Positions 1-10,455 of a stretch of DNA of 64,000 bases are shown one piece after another; within the stretch, counting starts at the first letter, position 1; the number at the start of each line of letters is the position of its first letter. Under the pieces are notes generated by a model. That model made no database searches and was not told the DNA's origin. It saw nothing but the letters and a program-made list of their open reading frames with translations. Both the position numbers and the translations under genes were made by a program. Origin of the DNA: Trypanosoma brucei (taxonomy: Eukaryota); NCBI GenBank assembly GCA_000002445.1, contig CM000207.1, positions 1,984,001 through 2,048,000 on the forward strand, read 5' to 3'.

Positions 1-1062
1 TTACTTGAGCATAAGTTAATCGTAACGAGTGGCGTGGCAAATGCGAAGGAACGCAGCGCTAAAATAGCGGGTATTATCGCAGCAGTGACCATCGCAGGGA
101 AGAAAAAAATCGGTAACAATGAGAAGATGAACGATGAGGCAATTGTTCTCCCACAATTCGCAGATTCAACGCTGACAAAGAACCGGTGCATGGAGGCTGT
201 TGCTGCCCTGAAGCGTGAGTTCTTTGCGGCACAGGCACCGTTGCTAGAAACTTCGCGGTACTCTTGGTGCACACCCTCCCATATTTCTCGGATGACGACG
301 TCGGATGACTTCCGTAACCTGCCAAAGCCACCAAAGCTGCTGGATCCGGAAATGAGCACCAATGCAAAAGTCTCTCTGCCAAGTCGCAGCTCTGAAGCCG
401 CTAAGTCTCTCTTTGACGCGGTTGTAGTTCCAGCAACAGTAGAAAGTCAACGAACAGTGTTGAACATTGTGGGTCAATATCGTAAATTGGGTGGTGTACA
501 TACCAGCGATGGTTGGGCAGATATTGACAATAGGGCTGCAGCTTGCTATACATTTGAGGAGCTGGCGTGCAAGAACATCAAGCATGAGACTTTTGTTCAA
601 CTTCACGATGACCTTATACGGTGCTTCAAGGCGTGTTGCATGTCAATTCCAGACTTTGAAGCAACCTTTCTTCCTGCCTTCTTGCAGGCGTTAACGTCGC
701 CTGGGGATTTGTATGATGTACGGCGGTTTATCGCATATGTGCACCAGCTACAAAGAGATGACCTCAGGCACACCTACCACGGCCGCCTCGATGCTGGTGA
801 TTCAAAAAGGGACGCGGCACGGAAAGCTAGCTGCTCCCAGCAACAACCACCATTACCGAATCTAACGGCGGCTGATTGGATGCGCTTTCCTAGAATGCCT
901 CAGTCGATGGGGTGTATAGGGACTAGTGGCAATATCGGTGGAGACAAGAGTGATACGTCCACCGATGGTCTACGGCATCAGGCGCCACTAGTAAGTCCAC
1001 CGGCTTATTTATACAATAAATGGTTGAAGGAGAAACAAGCAAGGGCTATGGGTCCCATATGA
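1..1062 (+). CDS. hypothetical protein, probably 5'-truncated by the window edge
   Basis: This frame is open from base 1 to the stop at 1060-1062. The listed start at 34 is GTG and the first in-window ATG is at 127. No domain recognised. Confidence 0.7.
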   Translation, partial: LLEHKLIVTSGVANAKERSAKIAGIIAAVTIAGKKKIGNNEKMNDEAIVLPQFADSTLTKNRCMEAVAALKREFFAAQAPLLETSRYSWCTPSHISRMTTSDDFRNLPKPPKLLDPEMSTNAKVSLPSRSSEAAKSLFDAVVVPATVESQRTVLNIVGQYRKLGGVHTSDGWADIDNRAAACYTFEELACKNIKHETFVQLHDDLIRCFKACCMSIPDFEATFLPAFLQALTSPGDLYDVRRFIAYVHQLQRDDLRHTYHGRLDAGDSKRDAARKASCSQQQPPLPNLTAADWMRFPRMPQSMGCIGTSGNIGGDKSDTSTDGLRHQAPLVSPPAYLYNKWLKEKQARAMGPI

Positions 1063-1603
1063 GACGTTGGACTACAACCTCACAAACCGCAGCTCCCCTT
1101 CCCGTCGATTTTTTCTTACTTTATGTCTCTGAAACTTTACAGAGACGGATTTTCTTTGCTCTGCATACTCGTGACTTTATTCTTCTGACTGCTACGCATG
1201 ACCGTAAGTGAATTTGGGAATAATCGGTGCAGTATTGGATGGACAGTTGAATAGATGGCACATGTTTCTGACGAGGCAGGTGAGTAATGCTTTACTTGTT
1301 TACTGTTATGGCCGTCGTGCGCGACAATTTTTTTCCTGCCTACTGATTGATCATTTTTCGTTTTATTTCTACTGACTTACTAGCAGCTCATCCTTGTAAA
1401 GCATACGGCGCCCAAGATTGTGAAATCGCAGTTCAGAGGTGTGTGCACACAAGTCTATACACACATAGACGAAAGGGAGAGTGCGTGCTCACAGCTTCCA
1501 AAGAAGTGGTGTCTAAGTGCCAAAACAAGTAAAAAGGATAACTTCTATCGTTGATCCCCTTAGATCTGCGCAGTTCCTACTTTATCCGCTAGTTACCGTC
1601 ATC

Positions 1604-2026
1604 ATGACGAAACTGGTGCGCAAACTCAAACAAATGGCCAAGAAAAGGGCCCACCGAAATACCGTGTTGAAGCGTAAGGCAGAGCGGGCTCAAAAAGAAC
1701 TTGAGGAAAATGCCAAACGAGAAAAAGAACGGTTGGAGCGGGAGACAACACTCGAGATGCAGCGGGTTGCCCGAGGTGATGAAGCTTCAGCTACCGGGGA
1801 ATCAACGGGGCTAAGCAATAAGGTAATGCGTGTAGTAGGAGATCTAATGTTAGAACTACCAAAACAAAGGGCGAAGAAGCAAGTGTCACGTAAGCAGGCG
1901 AAGCGCAAGGAGGCCGCTCGAGAACGTGGCGAAGCAATTGCCGCCCAAATGGGAAAGAAATGGGAGGCAAAAAAACGACGTGTGAAGCAGCGGGCGCAGA
2001 TCCGGAATGAGGATCTGCATGATTAA
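1604..2026 (+). CDS. small basic K/R/E-rich coiled-coil protein (nucleolar-type composition), function unknown
   Basis: The track ORF 1517-2026 starts with GTG; the first ATG is at 1604 (MTKLVRKLKQMAKKRAH...). Charged low-complexity helices throughout. Confidence 0.6.
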   Translation: MTKLVRKLKQMAKKRAHRNTVLKRKAERAQKELEENAKREKERLERETTLEMQRVARGDEASATGESTGLSNKVMRVVGDLMLELPKQRAKKQVSRKQAKRKEAARERGEAIAAQMGKKWEAKKRRVKQRAQIRNEDLHD

Positions 2027-2224
2027 ACCAGAACATGAGGTTGCTGATTGCAAGACCATGTTTATCGTGCTTGTGCACTTGCATGATGTTTTTTAAGTCG
2101 CAGCGGATCGCAGTGTCGCAGGAACTTACTTTACTATTGGAGTACTATCACCATCGAGCGGCATGTTTGCACCTGTGTTCATGTCCGCAACTCACCTTAA
2201 CTTGAGTAGAACCTCTCATTAGAA

Positions 2225-2260
2225 TTCCCTTTTTTTTTCTTTGTTCTTTGCTTTTCATCC
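2225..2260 (+). promoter_or_regulatory. polypyrimidine tract, putative trans-splice acceptor signal for the LEO1-like gene
   Basis: A C/T run (ccctttttttttctttgttctttgcttttcatcc) lies about 80 nt upstream of the ATG at 2342, with AG dinucleotides after it. This is the usual kinetoplastid arrangement. Confidence 0.5.
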
Positions 2261-2341
2261 ACACGTAGGTACTTTTTATTTTTCTATTTTGCCTCACCTA
2301 GTCGGCTTTCGTTGACAGTTGAGTTATTTTCCCTGCCGAAA

Positions 2342-4084
2342 ATGTATCGACACGGTCTGGAATCAGAAGAACAACGGCATGAGGATCTTCTATTACTTCC
2401 CACGCAATCGGACACGCAGACGACGGAGGAAAGAACAACGGCGAACCCAACCACTCAGGGTGCCACTGATGAGGGCGGCAGCGGTGCTGCAGATGGGGAA
2501 GGTGCAGCGACTTACCTCACACCGCGTGCAGTGAGTGTGGACTCTGATTTAACCTTGGAAGACCTCTTTGGTCCGTTCTTTTATGTGGACAAGTCACTAG
2601 TAGTAGTGGATCCCGCCCTACTTGGATCTCGAAGTTTACTGCGGCGATTCTTCGGGGACACTATATGCGAGACAGATGTGGACATTACGAGCGACAATGA
2701 AGAAGCGCTAAGAAAAGAGGTGGAATTGGCCAGGAAGGAGGCTTGTGTAAACTATGTCTATGAATTATTTGGTGAGGAAGGTGCAGCAATTATCGGTACT
2801 CAGGAGCCTAAGCCATTCGATTGCTTAGTTTCTTCTGTACCAGATAAACAGAATGTTGGTCTTTATGAGGAAATGTGGCTTACGGATATGCCAAAAATTG
2901 CCCCTAACCGTCAGACACTTCACATGGAACCGCGGCCGTACGTTTCTTCAAACCCTTCGGCTCCATTGAGAAGCACGGAGCGGAGCCTTTATACAACACA
3001 GAACGTCATCCGGTGGTCGATTGGCTGCCGCGACAAGTTATTTGTTAGCAATGCACGCATTGTGCGATGGAGTGACGGTAGCACCACATTGCGGGTTGGC
3101 AGTGACTCTTTCCCGTTACAGCTGTCAAGAGATAACGCAATCACAATGCTGGCTTCTCCATCCGCGATTAGTAAGGGAGACCTCACTTTACCCGCGATGG
3201 TTTCTGTAATCAACCCCAGTAAACACTTCGTTGCAGAATGCAACAGTGCAGCTTCAATTGAAAAAGCTGTTAACGAAGAGAATCAACGGATCAGGTCTGT
3301 GTCGGCCCAGCACAACCTTGCATACAGTGTTCCAACACTTCCAAGTGTTGACTGGAACAATTTAGCTGCATCTGGAACACCTGAAGGGGAGTTCCTCGCG
3401 AGGTCGTACAATCTTCGTAAAAAGATGATGGAACAAAGGAAGAACAGAGGAGAACCCATGACGCTTACTGAGCAGCTGCAAATGGAAAGTGAACTATTTG
3501 AGAAATTGCAGAGTCTCAGTGCCAAGGAACTTCTGGAGCAACAGCAGGAACAGGAGCGACAAGCAGCCCTCCGCTCTCTGACGCGGCAGAATCAGACAGC
3601 TCATCGCCGTCGTTTCGAGAGGACTGTAGAGCTTGAAGGTGGTGAATATCGTGAGGGACATAATAGTATGGGTGGGGGTAATACTGGCTTGAACGGTGGA
3701 GACTTTGATAATAATGATGAGGATGAAGAAATCGAAGATGATTACGAAACAATGCTGGAAAACGTGCGGCGCAAGCGGCAGCGAGAAGACGATGAGGCCG
3801 ATGCGAAACATGCTCGCAATATTCGCTTGTATGAACAAGCAAGGGCGGGGCAGTACGGCAGCCTCATAGATTCCATGCAGGATCTTCTTTCTCAACTCCC
3901 GGACGGTTCCATTGTTCGGGAAAGCGTGGACGAAACGGTTGAGTTCCTTCGTGCTGGGTCTTTTTCCCCTGCGGTCGTCATTAAGGAGGTTCCACTGATG
4001 CTGGAGGGAGTGGCGAGTGAGTGCCCGGATGTTGACATCGGTAAGGTGAGGGAGGAATTGCGCAAGCTACATGAGCGAAAGTGA
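2342..4084 (+). CDS. LEO1: LEO1-like Paf1-complex subunit
   Basis: The track start at 2312 is TTG; the first ATG is at 2342. The core NVIRWSIGCRDKLFVSNARIVRWSDGSTTLRVGSDSF matches the Leo1 signature (ESNARIVKWSDGSMSL..G.E.F). There is an acidic D/E-rich C-terminal region. Confidence 0.85.
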   Translation: MYRHGLESEEQRHEDLLLLPTQSDTQTTEERTTANPTTQGATDEGGSGAADGEGAATYLTPRAVSVDSDLTLEDLFGPFFYVDKSLVVVDPALLGSRSLLRRFFGDTICETDVDITSDNEEALRKEVELARKEACVNYVYELFGEEGAAIIGTQEPKPFDCLVSSVPDKQNVGLYEEMWLTDMPKIAPNRQTLHMEPRPYVSSNPSAPLRSTERSLYTTQNVIRWSIGCRDKLFVSNARIVRWSDGSTTLRVGSDSFPLQLSRDNAITMLASPSAISKGDLTLPAMVSVINPSKHFVAECNSAASIEKAVNEENQRIRSVSAQHNLAYSVPTLPSVDWNNLAASGTPEGEFLARSYNLRKKMMEQRKNRGEPMTLTEQLQMESELFEKLQSLSAKELLEQQQEQERQAALRSLTRQNQTAHRRRFERTVELEGGEYREGHNSMGGGNTGLNGGDFDNNDEDEEIEDDYETMLENVRRKRQREDDEADAKHARNIRLYEQARAGQYGSLIDSMQDLLSQLPDGSIVRESVDETVEFLRAGSFSPAVVIKEVPLMLEGVASECPDVDIGKVREELRKLHERK

Positions 4085-4448
4085 CCGAGATAGGGATATA
4101 CCGGTGTCACGTGCTCTCACCGTTCGGATCACCTGCTCGTGTTGATGCTGTTGTTCATGTTTCCTTTCTTGTTTCTGTGGTGGTGGTTGATTACGTATTG
4201 CATATCCCTAAGAGCCGCATCTGCAGTATTAGGAGGGAAGAAGAAAAAAATCTTGATGGAAAGATCTGGCAGATCTTACCCTGGCAGCGTCTGATTTTTA
4301 CTAACAGCCTCCCCCTCTATCAATCCTCGCACGCACACTCGAAAGCCGACACCGCGGTGGCGTGGGAGTTTCAAAATGATCCACGACAGAATGCGAAGAC
4401 AGGGTCACTTCGATACGGAGAAATGAGGGGGATGTGAGTATGGTAGAA

Positions 4449-4476
4449 ATATATATATATATATATATATATATAT
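4449..4476. repeat. (TA)n microsatellite
   Basis: Uninterrupted alternating AT run about 28 bp long in the 3' flank of the LEO1-like gene. Confidence 0.95.
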
Positions 4477-4621
4477 TACTGAGTTCGTTTACCTCATCTT
4501 TTAAACCGCGACATTTTCTTCCCTGTTGTGGGAAATCCCAGGGGTTCCCCTTATTTCGAAGAGTAAAAATAATTTTGAAGTGCAAGCCCTGGCACCTTGT
4601 GTAATTTGTTGGAGAGTTGCG

Positions 4622-4680
4622 TTTTTTTTGTCCCGCTGCCCACTCTCCTTTTTTCTCATCCCTTTTTTTTTCTTCGCCTC
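4622..4680 (+). promoter_or_regulatory. polypyrimidine tract upstream of the aminotransferase gene
   Basis: Nearly pure C/T for about 60 nt (ttttttttgtcccgctgcccactctccttttttctcatcccttttttttttcttcgcctc), about 120 nt before the ATG at 4804. Confidence 0.5.
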
Positions 4681-4803
4681 AATATAATATACTTTCATGT
4701 GCTCACCAGTCCGCATTTAAAAAATTGTTTTCTCATTCTTTGCAATTACCGAATCATCGTCTCTTGCTTATACGATATTTCTTACTATATTTGTGTTTAG
4801 GGA

Positions 4804-6159
4804 ATGTGTAGCATTGAGGGCCCGCCACTCAAAAAACTGCGACCGCAGCCGCTCACGCCCACAGACCCTATTCCCATTTATTTGGACTACAATGCCACTA
4901 CACCACTCTGCATGGAATCTTGGAGGGCCATGTCGGCTATTGTACCATTTTCGTGGGGGAACCCCAGTTCAGTCCATCCATATGGTTTGGCGGCAAAATT
5001 TGTGCTGGATGAGGCGAGGGGGAAAGTAGCAAACGCCATTCGTGCGGTAACTCCTGCGAATGTTATTTTCACTTCGGGTGGGACGGAGGCTAATAACTTA
5101 GCAATAATCGGCGGGTTCACGGCATTGCGGGAACGGTTTCCAAGTCGACACTATATAATTACGACAAACGTTGAGCACCCCGCCGTTGAGGAAGTGTTAA
5201 AGTTTTTGGAAAGAGAGCATTCGGCAGTGGTGAAGGGAGGAGATAGACGCATGTCAGGTGGAAAAAAGCAACAGCCACCACCCGTAGAGGTGTACCGCTT
5301 CCCTGTCGATCCTAGGACCGGTTGCGTGCGCACCGACGAGTGGCGCAAACTTCTACTCGAACTTCCGGGTGGCCCACAAAACGTTGCACTAGTAACAGTG
5401 ATGCACGCCAACAATGAAATTGGTGGTATTAATCCTATTGATGACCTCGTGAAACTTGTGAAGGAAATATGTGGTGAGGAAACACTGTTTCACACTGATG
5501 CAGCACAATCTATCGGGAAAGTGCCCGTAAATGTCAGCGCCATGCGCGTTGACATGCTGTCCATTTGTTCGCACAAATTCTATGGCCCAAAGGGTGTTGG
5601 TGCGTTATATGTCAGGGATGGTGTGCGTATACGAAATATTCTCTTCGGAGCAAATCATGAAAATGGTGCACGCCCAGGCACAGAGAATGTGCTCTTGGTA
5701 ACAGGTATGGCGGAGGCGCTTCATGTGGCCTGCAAGAACCTAACCGCAAACGCTGCCACAATGCGCAATACTCGCGACGAATTATTTCGGGTGATAAAGC
5801 AAGAAGTTTCCAAGGTGGGTATGGATTGTGTGTTGAATGGTGACATCGACCATGCTCTTCCTAATACATTGAGTGTTGCATTGTTTAAAGTGACAGATAG
5901 TGGTAAGCGAAGATACATTTCCGCCCACGGACTCATTCAGGCGGTCGGTGATAAGGTGTGCATGTCCTCGGGCGCGGCCTGCCATTCTGCAGAGGAGAAC
6001 GTTGTTGTTTCCGCCTCACTGCGCAGCGTTGGTGTGGATTTGGATCGTGCGGTAGGCACACTCCGTCTTTCTACAGGACGAACAACAACGATGGCGGAGG
6101 TGCGGCGAGCGGCTCGCATCATTGTTCGGCGGGCCGTGCAACAGTTCGGTGAGTTTTAG
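4804..6159 (+). CDS. SCL: class-V aminotransferase: selenocysteine lyase / NifS-like cysteine desulfurase
   Basis: IYLDYNATTP, FTSGGTEANN, HANNEIGGINPI, the PLP-lysine motif SHKFYGPKGVGALYV and RPGTENV are all present. The active-site loop MSSGAACHS is of the SCLY type (GAACHS) rather than the NifS SSGSAC type. There is no obvious long mitochondrial presequence. Confidence 0.85.
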   Translation: MCSIEGPPLKKLRPQPLTPTDPIPIYLDYNATTPLCMESWRAMSAIVPFSWGNPSSVHPYGLAAKFVLDEARGKVANAIRAVTPANVIFTSGGTEANNLAIIGGFTALRERFPSRHYIITTNVEHPAVEEVLKFLEREHSAVVKGGDRRMSGGKKQQPPPVEVYRFPVDPRTGCVRTDEWRKLLLELPGGPQNVALVTVMHANNEIGGINPIDDLVKLVKEICGEETLFHTDAAQSIGKVPVNVSAMRVDMLSICSHKFYGPKGVGALYVRDGVRIRNILFGANHENGARPGTENVLLVTGMAEALHVACKNLTANAATMRNTRDELFRVIKQEVSKVGMDCVLNGDIDHALPNTLSVALFKVTDSGKRRYISAHGLIQAVGDKVCMSSGAACHSAEENVVVSASLRSVGVDLDRAVGTLRLSTGRTTTMAEVRRAARIIVRRAVQQFGEF

Positions 6160-6560
6160 AGCGGCAGCGCATCTCTCCCTTACCTACCGTCGCAAATAAA
6201 TGCATCAGCAAGTATCAAGGATGTCAAGAGTCGTTTGAAAAGGAAGGAGTGGTGGGGTGTTACCGTGGAAAAAAGGGTAATATCGCTCTGTGGACCAGAC
6301 GAATGGTGAGCCAAAGTCCTCCTAACCACGCGTCTCTTGCTTACTGTTTACGTGGGATTTATCTCTTCACCTGCACCGTTGTTTGTTTTCCCTCTATTAC
6401 TCGCCTCACACTTTCCTTTCCTCTCTATACAACGTATAGATTATGTTCATCTATTGGTTTCATTTTCTTGTATGATTCTATTTTCACGTCTAGTTAATTA
6501 ATGGTTTCTCGTGGTGAAGGAACTGAAGGGCGTTGGGTGGAAGGATAAAAGGAAGGGGTC

Positions 6561-7778
6561 ATGGAAACGAAAGGTTCTTCTGTTCATGTATGCAGCAACG
6601 CATGGAAGCTGACGCACCATGTCACATGGAAGGATGATGGTTTCCCTTTTGTGCTTCACGTTCCTGAACTTGAGTTACGTATTGATTTCCCTATTGCACA
6701 CTACAAGTGCTGTTGGGCCTGCGCCATGCTACATCCCGTGTGGAAAAGGGTGGCGAAATGCAGTCCAAGACAAGAGTATGCGAGACAAACAAATGCATCG
6801 GTATGCATCCATAAACCCACCTTACGAGAAGCAGGCGACGTATTGTCGGAGCTATCGTCGTTCACTCTCGCACTTGACAAGCGGCAGAAACAACACTATC
6901 CCAGGAGCAGCGTTAGTAGACTAAGGTTCGTTCACAGTCTGCCAACTATAATTCGTTTAGGGAACGGTATAAAGGGAACCATCACTGCCACATTTACGCT
7001 TCAACGATGTGTTGCGGATGGGAATAATTCCTCCACTTTGTTCCCTACATTTATTGCCGTTGAGTCAGTCGGTCTCATAGATTGTTTTGTGGTTGACGCA
7101 ATCCCGAGGTCGAGAAAGGGCCATGAACGCAACGGGGTGACTTTGTTGCCACTCCAGAACATAAGCAGTGGCGGTGAAACAGCAACGTACGACGCGCTCA
7201 ATATCCAGCTGCGTTTCGACTGCCTTCCACCGTCGTTTGACAGTTCGCTTACTTCTCACGAGATACCGTGGGAGCTCCGCGTGTATGCCGTCTTTTACGA
7301 GTCGTTAGATGCACAGGTACGCCTTGACGACGCGTTCAGGCGGCTCGCTGAATGGCATCCAAGTAAAACAATGGAAGAGCGGTTTGCCGTCGTGAGCCCC
7401 GGGGTCGATCCCTCCATATCCATAAATATGGAACTAAGACATAAGGGGTGGCTGCATCGTCACATCAAAGAGGCATTAAACCAGATGGACTGCAGAGTAG
7501 AAGGTGACAATGAGGACGCAGGTCATCCTCCAGCTGAACTTCGACCTATCGCCACTCTTGAAGGAGCCGACAACGTTGTAGTGGAGACGTGTCCACAGGC
7601 AGGCAGTAGTGCTGTTGTAGCTGTGTTACCGAGAGATACGAAGTGGCCGTTAGTAGTCGCTGTTGAAACAGAAAAAGGGATGGGGAAACAGTCCCCTCCG
7701 ATACCGGGTTCCTCGTCTCTCGAGCGGCTCTCCCGTGAATTCATCAAGCTGTGGGAAAGACTTAGTGTTGACGATTAA
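6561..7778 (+). CDS. hypothetical protein
   Basis: 405-codon ATG-initiated ORF in the sense orientation of the array, with non-repetitive composition. No domain recognised. Confidence 0.75.
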   Translation: METKGSSVHVCSNAWKLTHHVTWKDDGFPFVLHVPELELRIDFPIAHYKCCWACAMLHPVWKRVAKCSPRQEYARQTNASVCIHKPTLREAGDVLSELSSFTLALDKRQKQHYPRSSVSRLRFVHSLPTIIRLGNGIKGTITATFTLQRCVADGNNSSTLFPTFIAVESVGLIDCFVVDAIPRSRKGHERNGVTLLPLQNISSGGETATYDALNIQLRFDCLPPSFDSSLTSHEIPWELRVYAVFYESLDAQVRLDDAFRRLAEWHPSKTMEERFAVVSPGVDPSISINMELRHKGWLHRHIKEALNQMDCRVEGDNEDAGHPPAELRPIATLEGADNVVVETCPQAGSSAVVAVLPRDTKWPLVVAVETEKGMGKQSPPIPGSSSLERLSREFIKLWERLSVDD

Positions 7779-8556
7779 GAGTCATTTGACTACATATTTG
7801 ATGTGGTTAAATATGTGTACAAGACCACCTCTCACTTAGTGGAACCTTAGAGTTGGAGGAGTGTTCGCATAGCTTCATCGATTTTGTGGTATATGCATAA
7901 CTTGACCCACCCATGCTCGTGGATCCGCTGACCTAGTTTGGCGCGGGTTATATACTGTGTGTTTCACCGGTAGACAGTGAGGCGGGTACTCCGCTTTTAC
8001 GGTGCCGTAGAGTTTCTAGAGGACAAATTGGGGAGTGGTGTTTCTCCCACTTATTCAAACCTTCCAGTTTCACATCGGACATATGGGTAACTGTTGCATT
8101 GCATGACGTATCTGCACTTATACGTTTGTGTATTTGTGTGCTATAAGCATATACTCACTTCATGTTGTCAAACAATATAGATTGATGTGACTGGTGTCTA
8201 TGTTAATCTTTTCAGCTGTTTTCTTGCTCCGCAACGTTAGACCATCCTTATTTCCCCTGCGCTACTCTTTCTGTGATTTATAAATAATTCTTTATTAGAA
8301 AAATAATAACATAGTCACACCTACATCCCCCTTTTCATCGTGGGCTCATAGAGGGAAAGTATAGCTCTTAACTTAAAAGAACTGTGCAGGGCCTCAGAAC
8401 GTTGTTCCCACTACGAACCGGTGCACGGGCCGAGCGGTTGGTTGGATAGAGGGGTGACAAAGGTTAAAAGAATTTTCCTTTTCCTCTGGAAAAAAGGGTG
8501 TATTGATTAGTGATAACAATTAGTTACAGCAGCCACACTTAACTGCTTTCACAATT

Positions 8557-8604
8557 TGTTTTTTTTTCACTGTTCTAGTTTCCTTTCCCTCTTTTTTTTT
8601 TTAT
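8557..8604 (+). promoter_or_regulatory. polypyrimidine tract upstream of the MFS transporter gene
   Basis: A T/C-rich run (tttgtttttttttcactgttctagtttcctttccctctttttttttt) lies about 80 nt upstream of the ATG at 8680. Confidence 0.45.
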
Positions 8605-8679
8605 CGTCAAAAGACGATATCTTTGTTCACTATTTAATTGCGTACGTTCAGTTGTTCGTTATTAAATTGAGACAAAGAA

Positions 8680-10455
8680 ATGCAACAAAAATCGGACGCC
8701 GTTACACCGCTTCCCCTGAAGCAGATGTTCCCGTTAGCACTCGTTCTGCTAAACGAAAGTCTTTGTTCTTCAATACTTCTGCCCTATGTTGGATACCTCG
8801 TGTCATTCTTCGAAAAGTGTCCCCCAGAGGAGGCCGGTTACATGTCAGGAGTGGTTTTGGGATCCTTCATGCTTGGGCAGTTCACGAGCGGCAAAATGTG
8901 GGGTTGGATGAGTGACTATTACGGTCGTAAACCAACCCTTGCGTTAGGTCTTATTATCGGTGGGTTGATGGTTCTTTGCTTTGGCTTCAGCGGCAACATC
9001 TGGGTTTGCATCATTTTTCGTTTCTTTCATGGCCTCTCGAACGGAAACCTTTTGGTCGCAAAGACAGTACTGGCTGATATTCTCGACAGAACCAATGAAG
9101 CCCAAGGGTTTGCGATGGTTAGTTTCACGTACGGTTTCGGGATTCTAATCGGTCCGGCGATGGGTGGACTGCTGTACGATCCCGCAAACAGCAATATGTT
9201 TCGTTGGGCAGGTTTCAGAAAAGATGGCGTTTTCGCCCGCTACCCGGGACTGATGCCAGCAGTTGCATGCTTCTTCTACGCTATTTTTGCTCTTGTCATA
9301 TGTTTGGTGTTTCTAGCGGAGACCAATCCTCATGCTCGACCTTTACCAGGGTGGATTTTGGCGCTCCTACCATCTTCGCTGCGACTCAGAGCCACACATG
9401 AGGTGGTCCCAAATAATGAAAATATAGAGGCTGTAGTTGTCGAGCCGGAGCCGGATTATTTTTTCAATGGGTTACCTGATGAGTCTGATATCTTAGGTGA
9501 AAATCATGGGACTGCGACATGGGAGAAGTCTCAACAGCTTTCTTTTCGGAAGGACGGAACAAACGAAGAAGCGAAGCAACACAAAGAAGCAGCACCTAAC
9601 GGTACAAATGGTCGGGTGGATTCTCATCTAGAAGTAGATCGCGAGGCGAGTGCCCCGGCTCTGCGCGGTGCAGATGAAATAAGTGTTGCTACTTCTCAAG
9701 AAAAGGAACCGTTTGGGTACAGAGATTCATTTGTAAACCCCAATACGAGGTGTGTATTAGTCACCTACATGCTCATTTGCTGTGGAGATGTGGCGTTCTC
9801 GGAGATTTTTTCGTTGTGGGCGATTGCAGGGACATCTCATGGAGGACTCGGTTATCAGGCCAGTGCGGTTGGGACGCTTCTCTTAACGAACAGTTTCCCG
9901 TGTCTCTTGTCTAACGTCACGTTGCACCTCGCATGTCGCGTGATTACCAACAAATTAGTTTTGTGGCGTATTTCCGTGATGATAATTTCTGTGGTAGTTG
10001 GTTTGATGCCTTTCGTGACGTATGCGGTGGGAGGTGCACAGATCCCCTTACTTCTCATGTGCACATTTGCCAGGCAGTGGTTTAGTTCCTGGGCTTTCGG
10101 ACTCATTACAATATTTACTGCTCGCGTTGCGCCACCCCTTCACACAGGTACAATGTATGGTATTGCCCAATCTTGTGGCTCAATAGTGCGTTGCGTGATT
10201 CCGTTCGCAATTACCCCACTGTTTGCGTGGTCAATATCAGGTCATAAGCCCATTCCATTCAACAGCGTGCTTACCTTTCTCATTTCATCCGTAATGTTTA
10301 TCTCTGCATGTGTTGGTTCGTTAGGTCTCAAGGTTGAAGACGAAAACGAGCTGCAAAACGAACAGCAACTCGAAACAAACTATGTGGTGGTTATGGATTG
10401 CGAATTTGATGACGGGGACGCTAGGGGTGGAATTTTCACAGGTATTAAGGGGTGA
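8680..10455 (+). CDS. major facilitator superfamily transporter
   Basis: Multiple hydrophobic spans. The MFS loop motif GWMSDYYGRKP lies between predicted TM2 and TM3. A roughly 130-aa hydrophilic central loop splits the protein into two 6-TM halves. Confidence 0.85.
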   Translation: MQQKSDAVTPLPLKQMFPLALVLLNESLCSSILLPYVGYLVSFFEKCPPEEAGYMSGVVLGSFMLGQFTSGKMWGWMSDYYGRKPTLALGLIIGGLMVLCFGFSGNIWVCIIFRFFHGLSNGNLLVAKTVLADILDRTNEAQGFAMVSFTYGFGILIGPAMGGLLYDPANSNMFRWAGFRKDGVFARYPGLMPAVACFFYAIFALVICLVFLAETNPHARPLPGWILALLPSSLRLRATHEVVPNNENIEAVVVEPEPDYFFNGLPDESDILGENHGTATWEKSQQLSFRKDGTNEEAKQHKEAAPNGTNGRVDSHLEVDREASAPALRGADEISVATSQEKEPFGYRDSFVNPNTRCVLVTYMLICCGDVAFSEIFSLWAIAGTSHGGLGYQASAVGTLLLTNSFPCLLSNVTLHLACRVITNKLVLWRISVMIISVVVGLMPFVTYAVGGAQIPLLLMCTFARQWFSSWAFGLITIFTARVAPPLHTGTMYGIAQSCGSIVRCVIPFAITPLFAWSISGHKPIPFNSVLTFLISSVMFISACVGSLGLKVEDENELQNEQQLETNYVVVMDCEFDDGDARGGIFTGIKG

